NCBI GenBank assembly: GCA_963792965.1
Contig: CAWBYW010000035.1
Location: forward strand, 1-64,000
Source: an uncultured delta proteobacterium
GTDB taxonomy: Bacteria; Desulfobacterota; Zymogenia; Zymogenales; Zymogenaceae
Length of the DNA stretch: 64,000 nucleotides
Direction: 5' to 3'
The translations under genes were made by a program, and so were the position numbers. The notes under the pieces were generated by a model. The model was not told the DNA's origin and searched no databases. It saw only the letters and a program-made list of their open reading frames with translations. Numbering within the stretch: position 1 is the first letter of the stretch; each line of letters opens with the position of its first letter. This document shows positions 1 through 10,483 of this stretch, piece by piece.

Positions 1-443
1 TCGACCTTGTCTCCGAGGATGAAGGCGCACAGCTCCGTACCGAGGTCGGTCGCCAGCTTCTTGCCGATCCCCAACAGCTCCCAGCTCACGCCGGCGGCCT
101 GTCCGTCCATCTGCTCCACGAAGACCCAGACGCCGCGGTAGCTCTGATCGGCCTTCGGCTCGGCGGGCTCTTCGGGCTCCGCCTCCTTCTTCTCGGGGCC
201 CGCCGCGCCCTGCCACTCCGGGTTGAGGACCCTCTCGAGGGCCTCGGCGGGGCAGACGCGGGCACACTTCAGGCAGCCGATACATTTATCCAGCTGGATA
301 ACCGGCTCGCCCTTGTCGTTCATGGTCACCGCGTCCGAGGGGCACTCGGACTCGCACCGCGCCCCGCAGGCGATACACTTGCCGGCGATCAGCGAGACTT
401 TGAATTTAGGTACCTTCTTTTTCTTATCTTTATCGTCGCTCAT
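1..443 (-). CDS. etfA: Electron transfer flavoprotein alpha subunit with N-terminal 2x[4Fe-4S] ferredoxin domain (partial, runs off left edge)
   Basis: Not in ORF track. Manual translation from ATG at 443: MSDDKDKKKKVPKFKVSLIAGKCIACGARCESECP...KCIGCLKCARVCP...YRGVWVFVEQMDGQAAGVSWELLGIGKKLA (ETF-alpha N-terminus). Lies directly downstream of etfB. Confidence 0.9.
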   Translation of the reverse strand, partial: MSDDKDKKKKVPKFKVSLIAGKCIACGARCESECPSDAVTMNDKGEPVIQLDKCIGCLKCARVCPAEALERVLNPEWQGAAGPEKKEAEPEEPAEPKADQSYRGVWVFVEQMDGQAAGVSWELLGIGKKLATDLGTELCAFILGDKV

Positions 444-513
444 TTTTCGTTACTCCGCTATTTTCCGATGCCCGGCGGTCGTGCCGGTACTGTATCTCCA
501 AGGGATACGTCGA

Positions 514-1362
514 TTAATGAGAGATCAGGTCACGCTCCATGAGCTTCTGGAGCAGAAGCTGGACCGCGCCCTTCGGATCGCTCTCGCCGTCCCCGAGTAT
601 CTCCCCGATCTTGCGCTCCGGGGCGAAGATCTTCTTGACGTTGGTCGGAGACCCCTTGAGGCCGATGCTTTCGGCGGGCAGACGAAGGACTTCGTTGTTC
701 CACGTGGGGATCTGGGCAAGCTCCGCCGCCAGGCGGCTCTCGACGGTTGGGTAGCGGGGCCGGTTCATCTCTCGGACGACCGTGAGGAGCACCGGGAGCT
801 TTGCCTTGACGATCTCTTTTCTCCCCTCGAGCTTCCTGCGCACCGTGATAGTGCGCTCGTCGCCGTTGACCTCGACGATCTGATCAACGAGCGTCAGCTG
901 CGCCAACCCCAACCGGGTGGCCAGTCCCGGGCCCACCTGGGCCGTATCCCCGTCGATCGTCTGTTTGCCGCAGATGAGCACGTCGACCGCCCCGTATTCC
1001 CGCTCGATGTTCTTGACGGTCTGGGCAAGGACGAAGCTCGTCGCGAGCGTGTCGGCGCCGCCGAAGAGCCGGTCGGAGATGAGGATCGCGTCGTCCACGC
1101 CGAGGGCGAGGCACCTCTTCAGGGTCATGACCGCGTTAGGGGGGCCCATGGAGATCGCCGTCACCCGGCACCCGTAGTTGTCTTTAAGCGCGAGTGCCGC
1201 TTCGACCGCGTGGGTGTCGAAAGGGTTGACGATGAAGGGGACACCCTCCCTGATGAGGGTCCCGGTTACGGGATCGACCTTGACCTGCGTGGTATCCGGC
1301 ACCTGTTTCACGGCCACCACGACGTTTTTAAGCTGAGGTCTCTTTCTTGTGCTATCGGTCAT
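514..1362 (-). CDS. etfB: Electron transfer flavoprotein beta subunit (FixA/EtfB)
   Basis: Motifs KQVPDT, NPFDTHAVEAAL, SMGPP, DRLFGGADTLATS, GKQTIDGDTAQVGP, GLKGSPT. Confidence 0.96.
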   Translation of the reverse strand: MTDSTRKRPQLKNVVVAVKQVPDTTQVKVDPVTGTLIREGVPFIVNPFDTHAVEAALALKDNYGCRVTAISMGPPNAVMTLKRCLALGVDDAILISDRLFGGADTLATSFVLAQTVKNIEREYGAVDVLICGKQTIDGDTAQVGPGLATRLGLAQLTLVDQIVEVNGDERTITVRRKLEGRKEIVKAKLPVLLTVVREMNRPRYPTVESRLAAELAQIPTWNNEVLRLPAESIGLKGSPTNVKKIFAPERKIGEILGDGESDPKGAVQLLLQKLMERDLISH

Positions 1363-1480
1363 ACCTTTTGTTCCTCACCGAGTCGAGTTTTAGCAGAGAC
1401 ATAGTATAGCGGGTTATGAACGCCGCCGGGTCTTCCAATAGAAGGAAGCGTCGATGAAGCCCCTTTACCCGCGCGGCTAA

Positions 1481-1500
1481 ATGAATGACCATTCATTCAA
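1481..1500. promoter_or_regulatory. Palindromic TetR-family (FadR/YsiA-like) operator upstream of etfBA
   Basis: ATGAATGACCATTCATTCAA is the inverted repeat TGAATGA-N4-TCATTCA, lying just downstream of the -10 element. Confidence 0.75.
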
Positions 1501-1509
1501 CTTATTCGG

Positions 1510-1538
1510 AATGTAGCATAAGGCCATTTTCATGTCAA
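1510..1538 (-). promoter_or_regulatory. Sigma70-type promoter of etfBA
   Basis: Minus strand TTGACA-N17-TACATT with extended TG. Confidence 0.7.
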
Positions 1539-1809
1539 GGAAAAAAGATGAGGGTTTTTGTCGGGTGATTTCGTGCGTATCCCTTCTTTGCCGTGAGAAA
1601 CGATAATGCCGTGGGAAATCGGAATGTCTCTTTTCTACCGGATAGCCGGCACGTGAGACGAATCGTCCGGCACCCAAACCCATCGATGCGGGAGTCGGCA
1701 AGCGAAACGGTAAGCGAGGGTGATCGACGAAATTAAGGGGAGCCGACAGGAGCAGACGTATACACTGCGGCCGGGGCTTTGCGGCCCGGCTTCCCTCTGA
1801 GTGCGATCC

Positions 1810-2903
1810 TCAGATCCCCGCCCCTTCCTCAAAATGGTCTTCCCGGCCCAATTTCCGCTCCCTGGCCCGGAGCTCCTCTTTGCGCGCGAGCCCCCACCGG
1901 TAGCCGCCGAGATCTCCATCCTTTCTCACCACGCGGTGACACGGAACGATGATTGACGTCGGGTTCGTGGCGCAGGCATGCCCCACGGCCCGAACCGCCC
2001 GGGGCTGCCGATCGCCTCGGCAATCTCGCTGTAGGTTCGGGAGCTTCCGTAGGGGATCGCCCGCAGCGCCTCGTAGACCTTTTCCTGAAAGGCCGTAACT
2101 CTCACATCCAGCGGCAGGGCGAGGGCGGGTTGTTTCCCCTTGAAGTACCTGAGGAGAGAGGCAACATGATCGCCCAACCCGCGCTTATCGCGCCGGATTT
2201 CGGCGTTCGGATATTCGCGTGAAAGCTCCGATTCGAGCACTTCATCCGACTCCCCGACGTATACCGCGCTCACCCCCTTTTCCGTGGCGGCGACAAGGAG
2301 CCTTCCGAGCGGGCAGTCAACGATGGTATAGCCGATGCTCATCCCGTTGCCTCCCCGACGGTACGCGCCGGGCGTCATGCCTAAGCGATGTGCCGCCCCC
2401 TCGTAGAGACGGCTGCTTGACCCGTACCCCGCCTCGTAGAGCGCGTCCGTCACGCGCTCACCCTTCTTGATAAGCGCCTTTAATCGCCGCTGGCGGCAAG
2501 CCTCGGCGTACTGCCGGGGGGTGATGCCCATGATACGCCTGAACGTGCGCTGCAGATGGTGCGGGCTGACGTGCGTGTAGTCGCTCATCTCCGCGAGGGT
2601 CAGCGGTCGATCGACGGCATCGTATCTTTCGATGAAATCAGAGAGACACTCCACCATCCGCACCTGAGGGTCTTCGATTGTGGCTGTGTCCGGCCGACAA
2701 CGACGGCAGGGCCGGAAACCGGCCAGCTCTGCGGCTCGGTGCGACTGAAAGAAGACCACCCGGTCTTGCGTGGGGCGCCGGGACGGGCAGGAGGGACGGC
2801 AGTAGATACCCGTCGACCTCACGCCGTACACGAAGGTACCGTCAAAATGACTATCCCGCGCCAGCACGGCCTCCCACCATTTCTCACGAATTATCGCGAC
2901 CAT
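1810..2903 (-). CDS. ada: Bifunctional Ada transcriptional activator / O6-methylguanine-DNA methyltransferase (one frameshift near 2000, probably a sequencing error)
   Basis: N-terminal Zn site STGIYCRPSC...GFRPCRRC and AraC-type HTH. After restoring one G in the G run near 2000 the frame reads AVRAVGHACATNPTSIIVPCHRVVRKDGDLGGYRWG (PCHRV active site) to TGA at 1810-1812. Confidence 0.93.
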
Positions 2904-3332
2904 ATTGCCTTTCTCCCGTCAAAGTAGTATCTGACTCTACTATAGAGCGCGATAACCATCGATACTATCCGATTCTTGCGCCCGAACTTATTTATGCCCG
3001 GCCGCCGACCCGCCGGTCCGATCCTGAATCTCCCGTTGCGCCATATCGACGGCGGAGGAGTTTTCAATCTCGATATGCCCATCGGGCCGGATTCGCCCGG
3101 TTACGGGAGAGAAAGAGAGCTCACCCCGTCCGACCCATTGCATCTGCGTGCACGTGGGATTATAATTGTTTAGATTGTATTTTTTCACCAATGACTATTT
3201 TTTTATTGCGTCACTCTTTTTTATCTCTTATAATACTATAGAAAATTTCTGAGCTGTGGTCTCTTCTTTCTCATTTCTGGTCCCACTGCGATCTAATTTT
3301 TAAACCATATGTAGGATAATAATACAACCGCC

Positions 3333-5021
3333 ATGAAACTCTCGGGAAGTCTCGAAAAAAACAAGCTCAGCGACCTCCTCAGAGAGGTCAAGAACGAAAA
3401 GCTGACCGGGATCCTCGCCCTCAAGTCGCAGGAAGGCTTCGGGACCATCTATTTCAAGGACGGCATCATCATCAACGCCTATTCCCCCACCTTCAGGGAG
3501 CGTCTCGGCAGGCGACTCATCGACAAGGGCCACATAACCGACAAAGACCTGAGAAAGACGATGATCTACCAGAAGACGGAGGGGAAAAACCTTCGCATCG
3601 GCGAGATCCTCGTCCAGCACAATATGATCACCGAGGAGGTCCTCAACGGGACGCTGCGGGAGCTGATGGAGGATGCCCTCTATACCATGGTCTTCTGGGA
3701 CGGCATCTACCGATTCGAGACCAGCGACGTCAAGAAACAGGACATCAACCTCTCCATAGACGTCGATAAGTTCCTCGATGACATCAGTAAGTCTTTCTCA
3801 AAGCTCGAGGACGATTTCCTCTCCGCCGAGATCGAGGCCCCGGCAAAGAGAGAAAAGGCGCAAAAGAAAGGCCATCAGGACATCAAAGAGGAGATCATCG
3901 AATCGATCGACAACATCACCAAGAGTATCTCCTCCTTTACCCCCCAGGAAATCGTCATCCTCGTCGAGGATGAAAAGCTCATGCGGATGATCTTCGCAGA
4001 CGGCCTGTCGAACTTCGGCTATCGGGTGGAAAGTTACGACAACCCCACCGATGCGCTGGAGCGCGTAAAATCGCTCGAGCCGACCCGAGTCTCCCCGATC
4101 CTGATCATGGATCTGGTCATGCCCGGGATATCCTCTCCCACCGAGATCTACGGCGGGCTGGAGCTCCTCTCGGAGATCAACCAGTATTTCCCCTACATCC
4201 CCGTTATCGTCATCACCTCGATCGCCGACTACGAGATCAGGCTCAAGGCCCTCTTCATGGGATCGAGTTACTATCTCCTCAAGCCCGAGAAGGCCAAGCT
4301 CTCCACCGACATGCTCCGCTCCGGGCTCGATCAGTTCGTCGAGGAGCTCTCCTTCTGCGTGGGAAACCTCCTGAGAAACAAGCGGATCCACCACGAAAAG
4401 GAACAGCTGGCCATCATCCGGGAGCAGCTTATCAACGAGCTGATGGACGCGAAGTTCGAGCTCGGCAGCGCCGAAAAGGAGATCGAGCGGGACATCTTCG
4501 ACCTGACCTTCCTGAAAAAGACGACCCGCGAGCTCCTCAAGAAGCAAAGCTTCAATTTCATCGCCGACACGATTATCGACTTCCTTCGAATCGACCAGAA
4601 GCGGGGATTTATCGGGATCGTCAAGCGGGGGGAGCTGAGCTACTACCGCGGGTTCACCGGCGCGTCCGGCGACAACATACCCCAGCTCAACGAAGGCCAG
4701 GAACACTTCTGTATCGGGTTTTTGGACCTCAAGCCCTTCGAGGAGGTCGCCAGCTTCAATAAGGTCTACACCGGAAAGCTCTCGCCCGAAGAGGGAGAGA
4801 TTATTCAGTCGTTCCTCGGCGGGTATGTTCCCAAGAGCTGCCTCATCATCCCGTTTCGAGTCTACGAAAAAACGGTGGCGGTCCTCTACAGCGACACTGA
4901 GGAGCCCCAGAGCGGCTTCAAGAACCTGGACCAGATTCAGATCCTCTGCAATAGTGCCGCCCTGGCAATGCAGATAACGATCCTCAACGAGAAGATCGCC
5001 CGAAAGAAATCCGATATGTAG
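3333..5021 (+). CDS. DUF4388/PATAN-like domain with MshEN motif, receiver domain and GAF-like domain; signalling protein
   Basis: N-terminal LSGSLEKNKLSDLL...TGIL...GTIYFKDGIII; RLGRRLIDKGHI..L...M..Q; REC motifs LVEDE, IMDLVMPG, VITS, LLKP; C-terminal LIIPFRVYEKTVAVLYSD. Confidence 0.75.
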   Translation: MKLSGSLEKNKLSDLLREVKNEKLTGILALKSQEGFGTIYFKDGIIINAYSPTFRERLGRRLIDKGHITDKDLRKTMIYQKTEGKNLRIGEILVQHNMITEEVLNGTLRELMEDALYTMVFWDGIYRFETSDVKKQDINLSIDVDKFLDDISKSFSKLEDDFLSAEIEAPAKREKAQKKGHQDIKEEIIESIDNITKSISSFTPQEIVILVEDEKLMRMIFADGLSNFGYRVESYDNPTDALERVKSLEPTRVSPILIMDLVMPGISSPTEIYGGLELLSEINQYFPYIPVIVITSIADYEIRLKALFMGSSYYLLKPEKAKLSTDMLRSGLDQFVEELSFCVGNLLRNKRIHHEKEQLAIIREQLINELMDAKFELGSAEKEIERDIFDLTFLKKTTRELLKKQSFNFIADTIIDFLRIDQKRGFIGIVKRGELSYYRGFTGASGDNIPQLNEGQEHFCIGFLDLKPFEEVASFNKVYTGKLSPEEGEIIQSFLGGYVPKSCLIIPFRVYEKTVAVLYSDTEEPQSGFKNLDQIQILCNSAALAMQITILNEKIARKKSDM

Positions 5022-5072
5022 ATCTCCCGGGGGCCCTCCCCGCCACTCATCGGCGCTCGATCCTCATACGTA

Positions 5073-5501
5073 TCACACATCTCCGAGTTCCTTGATGAGC
5101 CGCTCCACAACGGGACGGTCCGCATCGAGGAAATCGAGCATCCTGAGCTCGTCTGTGCCTGCCCACACCACAAGATCATGGTCGCCGGACGTGAGGCAAT
5201 CTTCGGGGATACCCGCCCGAAAAAAAATCAAGAGGATATTGTGCCGCTCGTATCGATGGTTGACGACATCATAGAGGGCGCCGATCTCGGCATGGACGCC
5301 GAGCTCTTCATTGAGCTCCCGCCGAAGGCACGCTCTCGGATCCTCCCCGACCATCAGCTTCCCGCCCGGGAACTCCCACTTGCCGGCCTCCGTGCTCCCT
5401 TCTTTTCTCCTGCCCACCAGCACCCGGCCGCCCTTTACAATGATCGCGGCGCAAACCGGAATGATCGGACCGTTATCCGTCGGACGGGAAACCATCGGCA
5501 C
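5073..5501 (-). CDS. MutT-like (d)NTP pyrophosphohydrolase, Nudix family
   Basis: Nudix box GKWEFPGGKLMVGEDPRACLRRELNEELG and FLDAD tail. Confidence 0.9.
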   Translation of the reverse strand: MPMVSRPTDNGPIIPVCAAIIVKGGRVLVGRRKEGSTEAGKWEFPGGKLMVGEDPRACLRRELNEELGVHAEIGALYDVVNHRYERHNILLIFFRAGIPEDCLTSGDHDLVVWAGTDELRMLDFLDADRPVVERLIKELGDV

Positions 5502-5551
5502 TCATCCTTTATCGGCAAACCCTCGCGGGAGTCTTATTTCCGGCTTGCGGC

Positions 5552-5584
5552 AAAAAAAACGCGGGCACTATCGGTCTGCCCGCG
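5552..5584 (-). terminator. Rho-independent terminator after the zinc-ribbon response regulator
   Basis: Stem CGCGGGCA/TGCCCGCG followed by T8 on the minus strand. Confidence 0.7.
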
Positions 5585-5640
5585 GCACTTCATATCTGAC
5601 GTCGTTTTTGCTTCCTCGGGCTCGGGCCGAGCCGCATCGG

Positions 5641-6201
5641 TCATTCGGCCAGGAGCCTGAGCACCTCCTCCACGAGGTGGAAGAGGGCGGTCGGCCCCTT
5701 GTGAATGAACGCGTCGGCCATCTTCCTGATGGCCAGGGGGACCTTGTCTTCCGACATCACGGTATACATGATGATCTTGACATCTTTAGGGATGCCCTTT
5801 ACGGTCTGCTTGCGTATGGTCCTGATTACGTCAAGCCCTTTCGGATTTCCGCTGCCGAGGAAGATATCGACGATGACCAGCCCCGGCTTGAGCTCAATGA
5901 CCTTTTCGATCCCCTCCTCGGCCGTCTCCGCCTCCACGACCTCGATCCCCTCCTGCGAGAGGGCGTCAATGATCTGTGTGCGGGCAAACCGGGAATCTTC
6001 GATGACCACCACCAGCCCCCGGCTGACGTGATCGTGTGTTTCTTCCTTCTGAGAACTTTTTCTGCTGAGCTTAATCCTAAACGACACACCGCACGCGGAA
6101 CAGATGATACTCTTGCCTTCCGGCGGAACCTCCGTAGGATCCAGGAATATCTCTTTGCCGCATAACGCGCTCGGACAGGTGACCCTGATAAACTTAGCCA
6201 T
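5641..6201 (-). CDS. MJ0042-type zinc-finger plus receiver-domain response regulator
   Basis: VTCPSALC...ICSACGVSF finger; REC motifs VIEDS, IVDIFL, IMYT, FIHK. Confidence 0.8.
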   Translation of the reverse strand: MAKFIRVTCPSALCGKEIFLDPTEVPPEGKSIICSACGVSFRIKLSRKSSQKEETHDHVSRGLVVVIEDSRFARTQIIDALSQEGIEVVEAETAEEGIEKVIELKPGLVIVDIFLGSGNPKGLDVIRTIRKQTVKGIPKDVKIIMYTVMSEDKVPLAIRKMADAFIHKGPTALFHLVEEVLRLLAE

Positions 6202-6305
6202 GCGTCATCTAATGAATGGGCGGTGTCGATAGAAAAACAATGCTAACATCAATACGTTACGCAATTTTATAACAAAAGTCAAAATAAAAATGGCTTTTCT
6301 CGTTC

Positions 6306-8479
6306 TCAGACAAGCTCGATCGGCACGTAGCCCGTGATCACCTTCTTCATTCCGACCCCCGAGAAGAGGACCGTCAGCTTATACCTCCCGCCGGCTTCTT
6401 CAACCCCCTTGATCACCCCGATGCCGAACTCGGGGTGTCGGATCCTGACACCGGGGCGAAACGCGGGAGTCGCGTCGTCGAAATAGTCGGAGATATCCGG
6501 CTCCCGCTGGGCCCAGCTCGTGTCGAGTCGGTAGTCGCTCACGGACTCGCTTGTGGTTTTGATCGGCGTCATGTATGCCTGATCGACCTCGCCGATAAAG
6601 CGCGAGCGGGCATTGTATTTCTCCTGGCCGAAGATTTTCCGTTTCCTGGCGGAGGTCAGGAAGAGCCTTTCCTTGGCCCTGGTCATGCCCACGTAGCAGA
6701 GCCGCCGCTCCTCCTCGATGTCGTCGACGGCGTCCATGGAGCGGATATGAGGGAAGAGCCCCTCCTCCATACCGACCATGAAAACGACCGGGAACTCAAG
6801 ACCCTTAGCGCTGTGCAGCGTGAGCAGCGAGACCTTAGTGGCCACATCCTCCATCGTATCGATATCGGAAACGAGCGCCACCTGGTCAAGGAAGTCGGAG
6901 ATATCCTTGCCCGGGTTTTTCTGTTCGAACTCCGTCACGGCGTTTAGGAATTCCTGGAGGTTTTCGACCCGGGCCTGCGCCTCGTCGGTCCCCTGGTTCT
7001 GCCAGTAGGCGAGCATCCCTGTATCGAAGACGGCTTTCATCGAGGCGGCCGAGATCCCCTTTTGTTCTCGTATCTCGCCGAGGATCTTTACGAGCGCACC
7101 GGCCCCCTCCTTCGCCTTCGGGGCGGCGCCGTCCTCTCTCAGGAAGAGCTCCAGCGCCGCAAACAGGCCGATATCGTGCTTTCGGGCAAGCTCGTGGATC
7201 TTTTCGAGCGTTTTGTCCCCGATCCCCCGGGGCGGCATGTTGATGATTCTCTCGAGGCTCACGGAATCCTCGCTGATGACCGCGGCCCGAAGATAGGCCA
7301 GGGTATCCTTGATCTCCTGCCGGTCGTAGAATCGCATCCCTCCGATGATCTGGTAGCCCATGCTCTCCCTGATGAGCTCATCCTCAAGGATGCGGGACTG
7401 GGCGTTGGTCCGGTAGAAGATCGCGAAATCGGCCGCGGAATAGTGGTGCTCCCTCATCAGGCCCTTGAGCGTCTGGATGACGTACCGTGCCTCGTCGTGC
7501 TCGTCCACGCTCTCATAATAGGTGATCTTTTCCCCCTCGTCGTTTTCCGTCCAGAGCGTTTTTTCTTTTCTACCGATATTATTCTTCACGACCGATCCCG
7601 CCGCCGCTAAGATGTTCTTCGTGCTGCGGTAGTTCCTGCCGAGCACGACCACCATGGCGTCGGGAAAATCGCGCTCGAATTCGAGTATATTGCCGAGGTC
7701 CGCGCCTCTCCATCGGTAGATCGACTGGTCGTCGTCTCCCACCACGCAGAGGTTCTTTCTGAGGGCCGAGAGCTGCCGGATGAGGCGGTACTGGGCCGCG
7801 TTTGTGTCCTGGTATTCGTCCACCAGCACGTGGATGAATCGATCCTGATAGGCGGCCAGCGCCTCAGGCTGCGTCTTCAAAGAGCATAACCGTTTGCATG
7901 ATCAGGTCGGCAAAGTCCATGGCGGCGTTTTTCTTCAGCTCATCCTGGTAGCGTTGGTACGCCCGGCCGATCTTGGCGGAGATGGGGTCACGGGCTGCCG
8001 CCTCCAGCCCCTGCAGGGGTAACGAGCCTGTTCTTGGCGCGCTCGATAAAGTAAAGGGCGGCCTGGGGCGTTACGACTTTCTCGTTGACGTCCAGGTCCC
8101 TCAGGACCCGTCGCATGAGCGTCATCTGATCGTTCTCGTCGAAGACGGCAAACCGGGGATTATACCCGATGCGTTGCGCTTCGCGTCTCAGGATCCTGAG
8201 ACAGGCCGAGTGAAAGGTGGTGATCCAAGGCAGATCGAAGTTCGTCTTGAGGAGGCGCGCGATTCGCTCTTTCATCTCGCGCGATGCCTTGTTGGTAAAG
8301 GTAACGGCAAGTATTTTATCGGTGGGTATCCCCTCGGAGACGAGATAGGCAACGCGGTGGGTAAGGACGCGCGTCTTGCCACTGCCCGCACCCGCAAGCA
8401 CGAGGATGGGGCCCTCGGTCTTGGTAACGACCAGACGCTGCTGCTCGTTAAGCCTCTTTATAATTTCGTTCTTATCCAT
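6306..8479 (-). CDS. uvrD: ATP-dependent DNA helicase UvrD/PcrA (two single-base frameshifts near 8010 and 7880, probable sequencing errors)
   Basis: LNEQQ, AGAGSGKT, TFTNKA, TFHS, VDEYQDTN, VGDDDQSIYRWRGA, NYRST, YRTNAQSR, TLHSAKGLEF, EEERRLCYVGMTRA and a C-terminal Tudor-like domain. The bridging frame reads AYQRYQDELKKNAAMDFADLI. Confidence 0.95.
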
Positions 8480-8639
8480 AACCCGCAATCGTAGCATGCT
8501 CGCGTCCCGGGGGGACGCATCGCGGCTGTCTCGGGATGACCGAGGGCGGCCCGCTCCTGACATCCCGGGGGGAATCGCACGACGGACAAACCCTGACCTC
8601 ACAAACCGGGCCGGGTTCGTCGGGGGAGTTATAATCAGT

Positions 8640-10469
8640 CTATTCTACGGTAACGCTCTTGGCCAGGTTCCTCGGCTGATCCACGTCGGTCCCCTTGAGA
8701 TCGGCCACGTGATAGGCCAACAGCTGCATCGGGATGACGAGCACGATAGGGGCTACGATCGGGTCGGCATCGGGGATGTAGATGACGTCGTCGGCTTTCT
8801 TCTTGATCTCCTGGTCCCCCTCGGTCGCCACCGCGATCACCATGCCGTCCCGTGCCTTGACCTCCTCGACGTTGCCGAGCACCTTCTCGTATGTCTTGTT
8901 GCGCGTGACCGCGATCACCACCGGCATTTGTTCGTCGATGAGGGCGATGGGGCCGTGTTTCATTTCTCCGGCGGGATAGCCCTCGGCGTGGATATAGGAG
9001 ATCTCCTTCAGTTTAAGCGCCCCTTCCAACGCGATGGGGTAGTTGATCCCCCGGCCGAGGTAGAGGAAATCTTTCGCGTGCATGTACTTGCGGGCAAGCG
9101 CACGGATGGAATCGTTTGCCGACAGGACCTGTTCCACGTATCCGGGCACCATGACAAAGTCCATCAGACGCCGCTTCATGTCAGGCCGTCCGATCCTTCC
9201 CAGCGTCTGGGCAAGGTAGAGAGCAATCAGGTAGAGCGTGGTCAGCTGGGTCGTGAAGGCCTTCGTGGAGGCGACGCCGATCTCCGGCCCCGCGTGGGTA
9301 TAGATAACGCCGTCCGAAGCCCGGGCCGCGCTTGATTCCACGACGTTGCAGACCGTGATAATGGTGGCTCCCTTCTCTTTGCCCTCCTTCATGGCGGCAA
9401 GGGTATCGGTCGTCTCACCGGACTGCGTGATCCCTAAGATCAGTGTCTTTTCTCCGACGATGGGATTGCGGTATCGGAACTCGCTGCCCAGTTCCACTTC
9501 CACGGGAACGCGGGCCAGCTCCTCTATCATGAACTTCCCCACCAGGCCGGCGTGCCACGAAGTCCCACACGCAACGATAACGATCTTGTCGATGCTCTCG
9601 ACAACCTCTTTGGTGAGGTTCAGCTCCGGGAGCATTATCTCGCCGCGGTCCTCGGATATCCTCCCCCTCATCGTATCGATAATCGCCTGCGGCTGCTCGA
9701 ATATCTCCTTGAGCATGAAGTGCTTATAGCCGCCCTTCTCCGCCATGACGGGGCTCCAGTCAATCCTCCTGATCGTTTTCTGTTTCGGGACCCCTGCAAG
9801 GTCCATGACGGTGAGGGTGCCGTCCTTATATTCCACGACCTCCCCGTCGTCGAGGATGACGATGTCGCGCGTATGGTTGATGACGGCAGGGATGTCGGAA
9901 GCGATGAAGAACTCCCCTTGGCCAAGGCCGAGGATGAGGGGGCTCTCCTGGCGGGCTGCCATGATGGTGTTGGGCTCGTCTTCCTTGAGGATGACCAGCG
10001 CGTAAGAGCCCTTGATATTCTTAAGAGCCTCCAGAACCGCCTCCTTGAAAGATTTCCCCTGCTTCACGAACCGCCAGATGAGGTGGCTGACGACCTCTGT
10101 ATCGGTCTCCGAGGAAAATTTGTGTCCCTCGGCAATCAGCATCTCCTTGAGCTCAAGGTAGTTTTCGATGATCCCGTTATGGACGACAACGATGCTCCCC
10201 GCCTTGTGGGGGTGGGCGTTTTCGTCCGACGGTTTCCCGTGGGTCGCCCAGCGCGTGTGGCCGATGCCCACGTTACCGTCGAGCGACTCCTTTGAAACCA
10301 GCTCCTCGAGGACCGAGAGCTTCCCCTTGCTCCTCCTTATGGTCACCGCACCGTTCGAGATCACCGCAATGCCCGCGGAGTCATATCCCCGGTATTCGAG
10401 CCTCTTGAGCCCGTCGAGGAGCAGACCTGTTACTTTTTTCGGACCGATGTAGCCGACGATTCCACACAT
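8640..10469 (-). CDS. glmS: Glutamine--fructose-6-phosphate aminotransferase (isomerizing)
   Basis: [54 protein letters not shown]. Confidence 0.98.
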   Translation of the reverse strand: MCGIVGYIGPKKVTGLLLDGLKRLEYRGYDSAGIAVISNGAVTIRRSKGKLSVLEELVSKESLDGNVGIGHTRWATHGKPSDENAHPHKAGSIVVVHNGIIENYLELKEMLIAEGHKFSSETDTEVVSHLIWRFVKQGKSFKEAVLEALKNIKGSYALVILKEDEPNTIMAARQESPLILGLGQGEFFIASDIPAVINHTRDIVILDDGEVVEYKDGTLTVMDLAGVPKQKTIRRIDWSPVMAEKGGYKHFMLKEIFEQPQAIIDTMRGRISEDRGEIMLPELNLTKEVVESIDKIVIVACGTSWHAGLVGKFMIEELARVPVEVELGSEFRYRNPIVGEKTLILGITQSGETTDTLAAMKEGKEKGATIITVCNVVESSAARASDGVIYTHAGPEIGVASTKAFTTQLTTLYLIALYLAQTLGRIGRPDMKRRLMDFVMVPGYVEQVLSANDSIRALARKYMHAKDFLYLGRGINYPIALEGALKLKEISYIHAEGYPAGEMKHGPIALIDEQMPVVIAVTRNKTYEKVLGNVEEVKARDGMVIAVATEGDQEIKKKADDVIYIPDADPIVAPIVLVIPMQLLAYHVADLKGTDVDQPRNLAKSVTVE

Positions 10470-10483
10470 TATTTTTTCCTTCT

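Noticed and set aside
2976-3241. Small ORFs between ada and the DUF4388 gene
   Set aside because: No convincing RBS or motif; the region looks like divergent promoter DNA that becomes AT-rich.
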